From: Bacteroidales bacterium
Lineage (GTDB): Bacteria; Bacteroidota; Bacteroidia; Bacteroidales; FEN-979
Length of the DNA stretch: 64,000 nucleotides
Direction of reading: 5' to 3'
Assembly: GCA_023229525.1 (NCBI GenBank)
Contig: JALNZC010000001.1
Coordinates: 31,860-95,859, forward strand
Under the pieces are notes generated by a model. It saw only the letters and a list, made by a program, of their open reading frames with translations. It had not been told where the DNA came from and did not search any database. Of this stretch, positions 7,030 through 16,334 are shown in pieces (positions within the stretch are counted from its first letter, which is position 1; every line of letters starts with the position of its first letter). The position numbers and the translations under genes were made by a program.

Positions 7030-9840
7030 ATGAAAACAAAAAATTACAGATTTTCAATACATTTCATTGTATTAATGGTTTCGATGGTTAATCTATCCTT
7101 TTTCAATCAAGGACTGGTTATGTCACAAAACGCTCTATTTTATACCAATTATCTTTGTGATAGCAGTTTTGAACAATCTACAAATTATGGTGGATTCCCT
7201 GACTCCGGTTGTTACCAGGATGCATTATGGGGCGATGCAAACGCAGTATTAGATGGCGGTCCAGCCCATCCCAACCATGTCAGGACAGGAGCAAATAGCC
7301 TTCATATATACACGGGTGTGCCCGATGCAATTTATATAAGTCAGCCCAACCATGTTCCGGTGTCTGTGATTGCTGGTCAGTCATACAATGCCAGTGTCTA
7401 TTATAAATTTCCCCCTGAGCCTAATTTCAATTGGGTTCCTGGGAGTAAAGTTTTTTTGAGGCTTATTTTTCTTAATCAAACTGGAATTGAGATTAATCAT
7501 TTCGATAGTCCGTATTTGGATAAACCGACAGATTGGACAAAAGCCGAAGTTATTGCCACTGCTCCACCGAATTCCTTCACAGCTAAGGTTGTTATGCGAT
7601 TGGAAAAACCTCAGGTTATGGGACGATCCGTTATTAATGCTGATGATTGTTCACTTACACAAACAGAGATTCCTCCAATAATTGATGTTGAACCTAAAAA
7701 TGTTTCATGTGGTGCATTTAATGACACTGTTTTTCTGCGTATTGGAAATGAAGGTGGAGGTAATCTGAGTTTTAATATTTTAACTCCCCAGGTACCATGG
7801 TTAAACATTCTTCCTCTGAGTGGCAATATTTTGTCAGGAGGAAAACAATATATAACTGCAATTCTGAATAGAGCCAACCTGCCAACTTCCCCATGCAACC
7901 AGTTGTTTACATTAATTCAGATTTTATCTTCCGGGAATACTGATACTATTACAATTCCGGTAGTTGTTAACACCCCATGTGGTGTACCTGATTCTGGCTC
8001 GATTGTTAACGTTACCGGATCCCAATTGATGGTTCGGAAAAGATTACCCTGCAATAAACTAACCCCTTCTAAACCATATATTATCAAAGGTTTTTGTTGG
8101 TCTCCTGCAAGCATTGAAACAGATAGCAATTGTGCATCAAGGAGGCAAGCAATTGACAGATGGGCTGCCTACGACATGGGAATGATCAAAGGCGCTCAAA
8201 GTAATACGGTTTATACTTTTCTTGATTTCGGATTAAATATGAATTCTTATAAGAAAATTTTAGATGCCTTTTATGAAAATGGCATAATGGCTATTATTAC
8301 CGTCGATCTGGATGGATCGTTTGATACAGCTAATTTGCGAAGTGTTGTCAGTGCATATAAGAATCATCCTGCCATATTGATGTGGGCTTTGGGAAATGAA
8401 TGGAATATTAATTTCTATCATAAACATTTTTCAACGGTAGAACAAGCAGCCGCAGGAACTGAAATCGCAGCACAACTAATTAAATCAATTGATACACTGC
8501 ATCCTGTTGCTTCGATCTATGGAGATATCAGCATTGCTTTTCAATCTCCTGATACCTATACAATTGTCAATTCAATCTGTCCATCCATTGATGTCTGGGG
8601 ATTAAACATTTACCGGGGTTTTGAATTTTATGATTTGTTTACACAATGGGCCGGTATAACAGGTAAACCTATGTTTATGTCAGAATTTGGCATTGATTCC
8701 TTTCATACGATACAGTGGGATCCGGCTCCGCCGATTGGAAGTATTAATGAAACAGAACAAAAAGATTGGAATGAAAGCCTGTGGAATGATCTTCGTCCTG
8801 AACTTTCCGGGGTTAATCCTGCAAAACAATGTTTAGGTGGTACATACTTTGAATGGAATGACGAATATTGGAAAGCCAAGCCGGCAGGAATACAAAATAC
8901 GGGAGGTTTTTATACAGATTGGAATCCATCCGCATTTCCAGACTCATATGCCAATGAAGATTTTTTCGGAATTGTAAGAATTGATTCCAACATCCGTATT
9001 CCTAAAAAAAGTTACGATCAAATTGCAATTGATTTCCATGATACCTTGGTTGCACAATTCATCGCCTGTGACACTGTATATGGTTTATGTAATACACAGG
9101 GAATCTGTTTCTATGACCTTTCATCCGGAACACCAACATCATGGTTGTGGGAATTTGGTGATGGTGAGTCAAGCATTCTTCCGAATCCATCTCATATTTA
9201 TCAAAACCCCGGATTTTATACCGTAAGTTTAACAGTTTCTGAAGGTGTATTAACTTCCACTGCTGCCAAAAGTAACTTTATTCACTGTATCCCATGTCAA
9301 ATACCACTATCCGGAATAAACATTGAAAACAATCAAACGAATTGTTATAATGCCACCCAGACTATTACCGTTGCCGGGAACAACACCACTTTTACAATTC
9401 AGGATGGTGGTAGTGCAACAATGATTGCCGGACAGAAAATCAATTATTTGCCTGGAACAAGGGTTTATTCAGGAGGATATATGAGTGGTTATATTACAAC
9501 CACCGACCAGTATTGTGGTGTTAGTGGACTTTTACCCAAAGTTAACGAAACGAGTAATACTAATACGGAAAAACCTACAATTGGCTCGCATGTTTTTCAG
9601 TCTTTTAAAGTTTTTCCCAACCCCACAACCGGGAATTTTATTCTTGAATTACCAGGTGAAATTGAATCCATGCAATATCATGTTGAAGTTTATGGAATGC
9701 GGGGTGACAAGGTGTTGAGTGAGGTACTTAACGGAGAACGCAGACATGAGTTCTTGATATCAGACAGGCCAATGGGAGTCTATTTTATCCGTGTGATCTC
9801 TGAAAATACGACTGAAACTGCAAAGATCATCAAACAGTAA
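7030..9840 (+). CDS. T9SS-secreted multidomain glycoside hydrolase (CBM-like N-domain, clan GH-A TIM barrel, PKD domain, T9SS C-terminal sorting domain)
   Basis: Signal peptide. Clan-A style acid/base 'WALGNEWN' and nucleophile 'FMSEFG'. PKD signature WLWEFGDGESS...NPSHIYQNPGFYTVSLTV. C-terminal FKVFPNPTTGNFILE...GVYFIRV...KIIKQ typical of type IX secretion CTD. Confidence 0.75.
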   Translation: MKTKNYRFSIHFIVLMVSMVNLSFFNQGLVMSQNALFYTNYLCDSSFEQSTNYGGFPDSGCYQDALWGDANAVLDGGPAHPNHVRTGANSLHIYTGVPDAIYISQPNHVPVSVIAGQSYNASVYYKFPPEPNFNWVPGSKVFLRLIFLNQTGIEINHFDSPYLDKPTDWTKAEVIATAPPNSFTAKVVMRLEKPQVMGRSVINADDCSLTQTEIPPIIDVEPKNVSCGAFNDTVFLRIGNEGGGNLSFNILTPQVPWLNILPLSGNILSGGKQYITAILNRANLPTSPCNQLFTLIQILSSGNTDTITIPVVVNTPCGVPDSGSIVNVTGSQLMVRKRLPCNKLTPSKPYIIKGFCWSPASIETDSNCASRRQAIDRWAAYDMGMIKGAQSNTVYTFLDFGLNMNSYKKILDAFYENGIMAIITVDLDGSFDTANLRSVVSAYKNHPAILMWALGNEWNINFYHKHFSTVEQAAAGTEIAAQLIKSIDTLHPVASIYGDISIAFQSPDTYTIVNSICPSIDVWGLNIYRGFEFYDLFTQWAGITGKPMFMSEFGIDSFHTIQWDPAPPIGSINETEQKDWNESLWNDLRPELSGVNPAKQCLGGTYFEWNDEYWKAKPAGIQNTGGFYTDWNPSAFPDSYANEDFFGIVRIDSNIRIPKKSYDQIAIDFHDTLVAQFIACDTVYGLCNTQGICFYDLSSGTPTSWLWEFGDGESSILPNPSHIYQNPGFYTVSLTVSEGVLTSTAAKSNFIHCIPCQIPLSGINIENNQTNCYNATQTITVAGNNTTFTIQDGGSATMIAGQKINYLPGTRVYSGGYMSGYITTTDQYCGVSGLLPKVNETSNTNTEKPTIGSHVFQSFKVFPNPTTGNFILELPGEIESMQYHVEVYGMRGDKVLSEVLNGERRHEFLISDRPMGVYFIRVISENTTETAKIIKQ

Positions 9841-10153
9841 GAAAGTTCAATATTCTCAATCAGTGGAATTTAGGATTATTTAATCTCAGGTTCGGTGAAT
9901 AAGTCAACCACGAATTGAATATCAATATCACGTATGGGATTCCGCTTATCAATCCGGATCATATTGATTTTAATGATTTTCCAAAGGGATCAATTTCCCT
10001 ATGAATTATTACGCTTCACTTGAATCTGTTTACTTTTCATAAATGTTCGCGCATCCACGTGAACGAAAGAACAAAGTAAACTTGGAAAATTATAATTTAT
10101 CGTTTACTCATCGTAATGAGTAATTTATCTCAATTGATTGAGTAATTTATTAA

Positions 10154-10369
10154 ATTTACAAAAAATCAATTATTTTTCAGCGCCCTTATTATTCGAAGAT
10201 CCAGCAACGCCTGGAGTTGCAAAGAAAATTCATCCAGGTTCTTGTGGGGCCCAGACAAGTTGGAAAAACAACGTTAGTCCGTCAGCTGTTGGAAAATTAT
10301 CTCTTTCCGAAGTCATTTTCATACCAGTCAAAAATAAAAAGGGTTGATTTTTATTGTAAACGTGAATAA
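10154..10369 (+). pseudogene. N-terminal fragment of an AAA ATPase (DUF4143-associated type), no start codon
   Basis: Frame 2 reads ..IFQRPYYSKIQQRLELQRKFIQVLVGPRQVGKTTLVRQLLEN.. (Walker A GPRQVGKT), then stops after about 70 codons. There is no ATG/GTG/TTG after the upstream stop. Full-length relatives are about 400 aa. Confidence 0.5.
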
Positions 10370-10471
10370 TGATTGTAACTTTATCCTTTCATTTGTATAA
10401 ACCATGTCCCCTCCCGACATCCAAAAAAACCAGATTGAGTCTGGTGACTTTTCGAAAACCTATGCTGTATT

Positions 10472-10933
10472 ATGAAAAAGTTGAACATATTATTGATTTT
10501 GTTTGCTTTACTTCTTTCATATTGTACGAAAGAGGACAAACCTGAACCTGAAGCAGAACTATCAGTTTTGGGATTTTACAGCTATTGTAATACAGATAGT
10601 AATAAATGTGGAAAACCTTTAAACCATGAAGGAAGTTATGTAACGATAATCGGGTATGTTCAGGCCTTAAATAGATTCGAAAACGGTAATCGGTTCCATC
10701 TTTTTGATTCCGCATCTATAACGAGCCAAAGAGTGGAGATAAAGGTCGTCGATAATAATAGTTCGATATTTGAAAAATTAAATAAGAATCTTGATAATAT
10801 TAATATTGAGAATTTCACCAAGTTTAGAGTGACCGGTAGAATTATTGGTCATGATTTGTATACCAATGGGGCCTGCTTGAGAAATGCATCCATGGAAATA
10901 AACAGTTCGGATGATATTTCGAAGAGTTTATAA
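10472..10933 (+). CDS. Hypothetical lipoprotein
   Basis: Lipobox LLLSYC after a hydrophobic leader; no recognised domain. Confidence 0.5.
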   Translation: MKKLNILLILFALLLSYCTKEDKPEPEAELSVLGFYSYCNTDSNKCGKPLNHEGSYVTIIGYVQALNRFENGNRFHLFDSASITSQRVEIKVVDNNSSIFEKLNKNLDNINIENFTKFRVTGRIIGHDLYTNGACLRNASMEINSSDDISKSL

Positions 10934-11409
10934 CAATAGACAGTTTTTTGATCACAGTGTTTTTTGATCACTTCACCTGCCTTTTCGTCCCCGTAATATT
11001 TGGTTTTGTATAAATCCAACAAACCACCATTGTTTTGATCTAATATCAATTTTACCACTCCCCGGTTGAAATAGGCACTTGCATGCTTTGGGTTTATCCT
11101 TATTGTTTCTGATAAATCATTAATCGCGTCCGGGTAGTCCTTTAGTCGACACTTTGTTAATGCACGATTGTAAAACGTTGCTGCGTTGTTGGGGTTAATC
11201 ACAATGGCCTTTGTTGAATCGATTATGGACCCCAAATAATCTTGGATCATACCCTTTGCTGATCCCTTGTTATTATACGCTTCACCATACAAGGGGTTAA
11301 TCTCAATAGCTTTTGTAAAGCCGGAAATTGCACCAATGAAATCTTTCTGGAGTATTTTTGCTAATCCACTTTTTTTACAGCAGTTTCGTCTTTCAATTTC
11401 ATCGGACAA
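10849..11409 (-). CDS. Tetratricopeptide-repeat protein
   Basis: Three to four TPR units (AISGFTKAIEINPLYGEAYNNKG; TKAIVINPNNAATFYNRA; DLSETIRINPKHASAYFNRG). TTG start in the track, so the start is uncertain. The 3' end overlaps the convergent ORF by 85 bp. Confidence 0.65.
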   Translation of the reverse strand: MSDEIERRNCCKKSGLAKILQKDFIGAISGFTKAIEINPLYGEAYNNKGSAKGMIQDYLGSIIDSTKAIVINPNNAATFYNRALTKCRLKDYPDAINDLSETIRINPKHASAYFNRGVVKLILDQNNGGLLDLYKTKYYGDEKAGEVIKKHCDQKTVYCYKLFEISSELFISMDAFLKQAPLVYKS

Positions 11410-11555
11410 AAATTGAGATTCTGGCCGGTATAAAAAATCGGGACGAAAAATTTTGACTTTTTCCTCTATAAATCTGGTGGATTTTATGCGGTGCGAGTAT
11501 GAATTAAGATTATTATGTAAGTTTGATCAATAAAGACGGATTTAAGATAAGACTG

Positions 11556-12272
11556 ATGGCTCAATGGAACCTGTGGCACGGGTGTCATAAAATAAGTGCT
11601 GGCTGTAAAAACTGCTATGTTTACCGATTCGATGCTGCATTTGACCGTGATGCATCCATTATCTCAAAAACCGCAGACTTTGGCTTGCCATTGAAGAAAA
11701 AACGAAATGGTGATTATAAATTACCGGCGGGTGAAACGGTTTTTACTTGTTTTACATCCGACTTTTTTCTGGGGGAGGCAGATGATTGGCGTATTGACGC
11801 ATGGAAAATGATCCGGTCAAGAAGCGATTTACAGTTCTATATTGTCACTAAACGAATCGACCGGTTTATGGTAAACCTCCCACAGGACTGGGATGATGGT
11901 TATGAAAACGTCTCAATTTGTTCAACCTGTGAAAATCAGGAAATGGCCGACTACCGATTACCCATCCTATTGAATCTACCTATAAAACATAAAGCCATCA
12001 TTTGTGAACCCCTGTTGGAGCGCATTAATCTTTCCCAATGGTTGATTCCTTCCATTGAATCAGTAATTGTAGGTGGAGAATCTGGAAACAACGCCCGTGT
12101 TTGTGATTATGATTGGGTAGTTGACATTAGAAACCAATGCATCGAAAAACAGGTCGCATTTCATTTCAAACAAACAGGTGCAAGATTTGTTAAAAATGGT
12201 CACTCATATCATATAAAGAGACAAGATCAACATTCACAGGCAGCAAAGGCGGGAATAGACTTTGATATTTGA
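11556..12272 (+). CDS. DUF5131 (phage Gp37/Gp68) family protein
   Basis: N-terminus MAQWNLWHGCHKISAGCKNCY matches the family 'W.p..GC..vS.GC..CY' signature; ..VIVGGESG.. and FHFKQTG motifs further on. ATG 11556 preferred to TTG 11523. Confidence 0.8.
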   Translation: MAQWNLWHGCHKISAGCKNCYVYRFDAAFDRDASIISKTADFGLPLKKKRNGDYKLPAGETVFTCFTSDFFLGEADDWRIDAWKMIRSRSDLQFYIVTKRIDRFMVNLPQDWDDGYENVSICSTCENQEMADYRLPILLNLPIKHKAIICEPLLERINLSQWLIPSIESVIVGGESGNNARVCDYDWVVDIRNQCIEKQVAFHFKQTGARFVKNGHSYHIKRQDQHSQAAKAGIDFDI

Positions 12273-12295
12273 TTTTATATCAGGTCTTACATACC

Positions 12296-12916
12296 TTAAC
12301 TTCGTTTTCTTTTACTGAGATAATAGTGCCATAAGAAATAGGAGGCGAGCGAACGATAAGGTCTCCATTTTTCAGAGCGTTCGATAATTTCGTCTTTCGT
12401 TTCAGCGTTGGTTAATTCTTTGATTGTGTTGATCACCGCAACATCTCCGATTGGAAAAACATCCTTAGCCTGTAAACCAAACATCAGATAAATATCGGTT
12501 GTCCAATCACCTATTCCCTTAATGCTTTTAAGCTGGTCTCTGACAACAGCAGCGGGTAATTCTGGTAATTTATTCAGATCTATTTTCCCATCAAGTATTG
12601 CTGATGAGAGTTCACGAAGATATCTGGACTTTTGTCTACTGATCTGACACAGCCTCATTTCTTCATCTTTCAGTTTTAAAATTTCTTCTGGGGAAAATAC
12701 TCGTAGGAAGCCGTTAAGTTTATTGAAATGTGCACTGGCAGATTGTAAACTTACCTGTTGTTCCAAAATTATTTTAGCCAATGTCGTGAACCCCTGTGGT
12801 CTGTTCCAATCAGGGGGAGTGCCATAAAGGGCGTGTATTTTCGGAAAAATATCATCTGTCCTGAAGAGGTCGTCTATGTCGTTTTGATTAACGATTGGAT
12901 TCATAATTGACAGCAA
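12296..12916 (-). CDS. HhH-GPD DNA glycosylase (AlkA-like), second and divergent copy
   Basis: HhH LKSIKGIGDWTTDIYLMF plus Asp segment VFPIGDVAV; 21 nt downstream of fic on the same strand. Confidence 0.8.
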   Translation of the reverse strand: MLSIMNPIVNQNDIDDLFRTDDIFPKIHALYGTPPDWNRPQGFTTLAKIILEQQVSLQSASAHFNKLNGFLRVFSPEEILKLKDEEMRLCQISRQKSRYLRELSSAILDGKIDLNKLPELPAAVVRDQLKSIKGIGDWTTDIYLMFGLQAKDVFPIGDVAVINTIKELTNAETKDEIIERSEKWRPYRSLASYFLWHYYLSKRKRS

Positions 12917-12937
12917 TTGTGATCAGTATTCTTCTTG

Positions 12938-14089
12938 TTAGTCTTTGACAGGTAAAAAACCCTTCTCACCAAGAGAATTAATGATGCCACGAAGCAGAAA
13001 ATTATTATCAAATCGAATGATGTATTTCCGTGCACCATCTTTTTCAGGAACCAGCATTTTCTTATCGATCAGTTTTTTTATCTGCCGGGATATAATTGCA
13101 TTATCTTGTCCAACGAAAAAATCCCTAATATCTGATGCCTGAATCACCGTCCGGTCTATGGCTCTCTTCAGTATTTTTGCCTCTACGTCTGTTATATATT
13201 TTCGCTCAAGAGATTGTGCAATTGCGGGTAACATGATTTCCGATTTGAGATACGGATAATCCATCAGTTTATCTATTTTCTCGATTTCCTCTTTCAATCC
13301 CATCAACACATATTCGCACCATTGTAAGATACCTTTGTCAATCCCCTTGTCCGCTTTGGATAACTGCTGATAATATTCATTCCGATTACTACAGAAAACA
13401 GCAGTGGGGTTTAAAATTCTGCCTGTGCCAACATTAAATCCAAGCCTGATCAACATAGCATAAGTAAACAGACGAACCGTTCTTCCATTACCATTACCAA
13501 AAGGGTGAATCCAAACAAAACGATGATGGGCAATTGCTACTTTAAGCAGATCATACTTAGGGCTATCTTCATTATTAATGAAATCTATTAATTCACTCAT
13601 GTATTCTTCCACCTTGATCCAATCGGGAGGAATGTGGGCAGACTTTGCAATTTTTACATTGAGTTTCCGGTATTCACCCGCAGTTCTATCCCCTTCTTTG
13701 TCTGGTGACAATCCATCAACAATCATTTTGTGCATCTCGCTGATAAATGCACGGTTTATTGGATACTCTTTAACATTATCCTCTATGAACGCCATCGCCT
13801 TCTCAATGTTCTGAATCTCTTTAATGCCGGAAGAAACAGTTTGGTGCTCTTCCAGTTTGGTCTCAATGAACTCTGCGATAGTAGTGTTGTTACCTTCAAT
13901 ACGGGCAGAACCAATACTCTCAAGGGTATGGAAGATGTGTTTTAATTGAAAGAACACTTTTGGATGGGCAGAACCACCAAGTTGCTTTTTTCTTAAATGA
14001 TCAAGTCCAATGATCAAATCGGTTAATGGAGAACTGAATGATGGTCCGACTAACTTAAGATCATAATGCGTGAATTTAGGTTCAGACAT
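12938..14089 (-). CDS. fic: Fic-domain protein (AMPylase-type) with N-terminal inhibitory motif and C-terminal winged-HTH
   Basis: Fic motif HPFGNGNGRTVR. Upstream auto-inhibition motif [ST]xxxE[GN] = SARIEG. C-terminal ISRQIKKLIDKKMLVPEKDGARKY resembles a wHTH. Confidence 0.9.
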   Translation of the reverse strand: MSEPKFTHYDLKLVGPSFSSPLTDLIIGLDHLRKKQLGGSAHPKVFFQLKHIFHTLESIGSARIEGNNTTIAEFIETKLEEHQTVSSGIKEIQNIEKAMAFIEDNVKEYPINRAFISEMHKMIVDGLSPDKEGDRTAGEYRKLNVKIAKSAHIPPDWIKVEEYMSELIDFINNEDSPKYDLLKVAIAHHRFVWIHPFGNGNGRTVRLFTYAMLIRLGFNVGTGRILNPTAVFCSNRNEYYQQLSKADKGIDKGILQWCEYVLMGLKEEIEKIDKLMDYPYLKSEIMLPAIAQSLERKYITDVEAKILKRAIDRTVIQASDIRDFFVGQDNAIISRQIKKLIDKKMLVPEKDGARKYIIRFDNNFLLRGIINSLGEKGFLPVKD

Positions 14090-14226
14090 TTGACTGTGGT
14101 TTTGTAAACATTTGACAAATATAATAACATTATTTGACTAAATGAATTTTAAGGTGTTATTTTATAATGTTATACAAAATATTATTATGATTCATGATTT
14201 GACTACTTATCATTAAACATTTGACA
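14085..14226. promoter_or_regulatory. Five phased ATTTGAC repeats (iteron/operator-like) at the fic start and upstream region
   Basis: ATTTGAC at 14087, 14109, 14131, 14196 and 14218 (spacings 22, 22, 65, 22 bp). Three copies have the extended form ACATTTGAC. The first overlaps the fic ATG. Confidence 0.4.
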
Positions 14227-14531
14227 AACTGAATAAATATATTTGAACTTTCAGGATTAATCCAATGCCAATTTCCGGGGGAGTAAGAAGGAATGATGAT
14301 GAAAATAACTGAACCAAAACGAAACAACGTCAACCAAATGAATCAAAAGAAAATAAAAGGACCTATCATTTTGGTTTCAGAAGATATATACGTTTCCCCA
14401 TCCCTGCGGTGTTGAGGAAACTGCATTAAAAATAAATTTCAGTATATTTTACAGATGATGATGATTATTTTGTATGCGTTAATGATGTATTTGAAACGCT
14501 CAGTATGTAAATAATGAAAGAAACAAATGAG

Positions 14532-14894
14532 CTATTCTGCCAGAGCTACAATATCAAGGTAATATTCTGTACCAGTTTGACCAAGAACATACGAGGAGAT
14601 TTTATCATAATCGACATAATTCGTTCCATCAATTATAAGAAAATTGGGATCAAAGAAGATGGCTGGATATTCAAACTGAATTGAATAGAAACCAATTGTC
14701 GTAAGATATAATGTAGAGATAACCTTACCCGCTATTAAAGCTTGTATATCGGATGAAATCTTTTCTTTTTGACTTATTCGACCATTATCCTCCTTTGTAC
14801 AGCCTAATACACAAAAGAGGACTACCATCAAGAGTAATTTGATAATTTTCTCCTCAACAACCCTTACCAGTATTTTTCTTCTGCCAAGTTTCAT
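14532..14894 (-). CDS. Hypothetical lipoprotein, translationally adjacent to the serpin gene
   Basis: Lipobox VLGC after a hydrophobic stretch; start lies 2 nt after the serpin stop. Confidence 0.5.
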   Translation of the reverse strand: MKLGRRKILVRVVEEKIIKLLLMVVLFCVLGCTKEDNGRISQKEKISSDIQALIAGKVISTLYLTTIGFYSIQFEYPAIFFDPNFLIIDGTNYVDYDKISSYVLGQTGTEYYLDIVALAE

Positions 14895-14896
14895 GT

Positions 14897-16120
14897 TTAG
14901 TCAAGTGTCTCTGTTTTTTTCGAAACTTTAGGGTTCATGATCTTTCCCATAAACAAGATGGTGCCAGTTGTATTATCTTTAATCAGGAATACGAATGGGT
15001 GATCAGCCTTGAAATCCTTCAAGTCGGATGGAGGTCGGGCTGAGGTCAATTTCATGATGACTGCTGTCGCAGCCGCAGCTTCAGTTCCCTTCTCATCAAC
15101 ATTTATAAACGCCTGATGTATAACGTCACTGATGCAAAGGTTTCGGTGGCCGGTCATCCCGGAAAAATCGGCACCACTAGGGGAAAACGCCAGTGGCATC
15201 CCCATCTGTGAAAGAGTCGTTCCCAAATAGATTTTAAAGGTTGTCTGAAATTTTGGAATAGATAAACGGACATCATTGGTCTGGAATGATCCAATAATCT
15301 TTTGATAATATTTGTAATCAAACACTTTCTCAAATTCCGAGATCCCGTTATTTGTATTTGGAAGAAAGATCACCATGGATGCTTTGTTCTCCTTATAAGG
15401 TATCTCAATTGCTTTGATGTTTGAATCTTCAAAGTAATTATATCTTCCAAGCTGATTCATGAACGGTACAAATATCTGGGTCTGGTCTGACAAGAAAAAA
15501 TTTTGTTGCGTCGTTGATTCTTTTTTAAATGTATCCGACCATTCACCATAAAAGTAGATTGCGTTAACAAGTACCAGTCGTGTCAATGATGTAAGATCAC
15601 CTTGACTAAGTAAATCTTGTATTTTGTCATTCGTTTCCTTTTCCACCCAACCGTTGATTTCCTTTCGGGTCTGTTCACATTCTGTTTCACTTGAGAAATC
15701 AACATTTTTTAATTCCGAATTATAATTTGATTTTACAATATTGAAATAAGAATCAAGAAACTTAAAGTTTTTCTGTGCCCACAATCCATTAGCGATATTC
15801 AATTTGATCTTACCATCTGTTCCTTCATTCAGCATGTGAAGTAACCGTTTGAAATCAGAGTAAAATTTTTCACTCTGTTGAAACTGCATTGTCTGACTCA
15901 TCTGTTGCGCGGTTTCACTGCGAGCACCCGCATAAGTCATCGCAAGTGCGGTTGAAATACTAAAGGGAGAATAGAACAAATTGTTATTCTTGGTGCTTCT
16001 CACCCCATGGAAGAGTTTGAAAGCGAATATATTATTGCCGTCAGTTATCGCCTGAGGGTTATTTGCACTGATCATAAGGGGGAAAATACAGGTGATAAAA
16101 ATTAAGATGCGAGATTTCAT
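14897..16120 (-). CDS. Serpin (serine protease inhibitor), secreted
   Basis: Serpin N-terminal signature NLFYSPFSISTALAMTYAGARSETAQQM. Hinge/reactive-centre loop EKGTEAAAATAVIMKLTSARPP followed by DHPFVFLI. ATG 16120 gives a signal peptide (MKSRILIFITCIFPLMISA), so I prefer it to the TTG at 16165. Confidence 0.9.
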   Translation of the reverse strand: MKSRILIFITCIFPLMISANNPQAITDGNNIFAFKLFHGVRSTKNNNLFYSPFSISTALAMTYAGARSETAQQMSQTMQFQQSEKFYSDFKRLLHMLNEGTDGKIKLNIANGLWAQKNFKFLDSYFNIVKSNYNSELKNVDFSSETECEQTRKEINGWVEKETNDKIQDLLSQGDLTSLTRLVLVNAIYFYGEWSDTFKKESTTQQNFFLSDQTQIFVPFMNQLGRYNYFEDSNIKAIEIPYKENKASMVIFLPNTNNGISEFEKVFDYKYYQKIIGSFQTNDVRLSIPKFQTTFKIYLGTTLSQMGMPLAFSPSGADFSGMTGHRNLCISDVIHQAFINVDEKGTEAAAATAVIMKLTSARPPSDLKDFKADHPFVFLIKDNTTGTILFMGKIMNPKVSKKTETLD

Positions 16121-16334
16121 GGAAAAGAACTTATTGATATTTAATATTAACAGAGATCGTGCCAAAAAGTACTGGCACTAATCACCCAGCCTTCATCACA
16201 AAACCAATCTCCACATAAGAAAATTATCATTAAAAAAATCTCACTCAAGATCAAACTTTTTGTAAACCAATTGATATACTGATCCATAAATATCAGAATC
16301 CTTCTCGGATTCTTAAAAAACAATCAATATTTTT

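Noticed and set aside
10138-10347. 69-aa tracked ORF (MSNLLNLQKINYF...)
   Set aside because: Out of frame with the clear Walker-A remnant (GPRQVGKTTL) on the same strand. I interpret the region as a pseudogene fragment instead.
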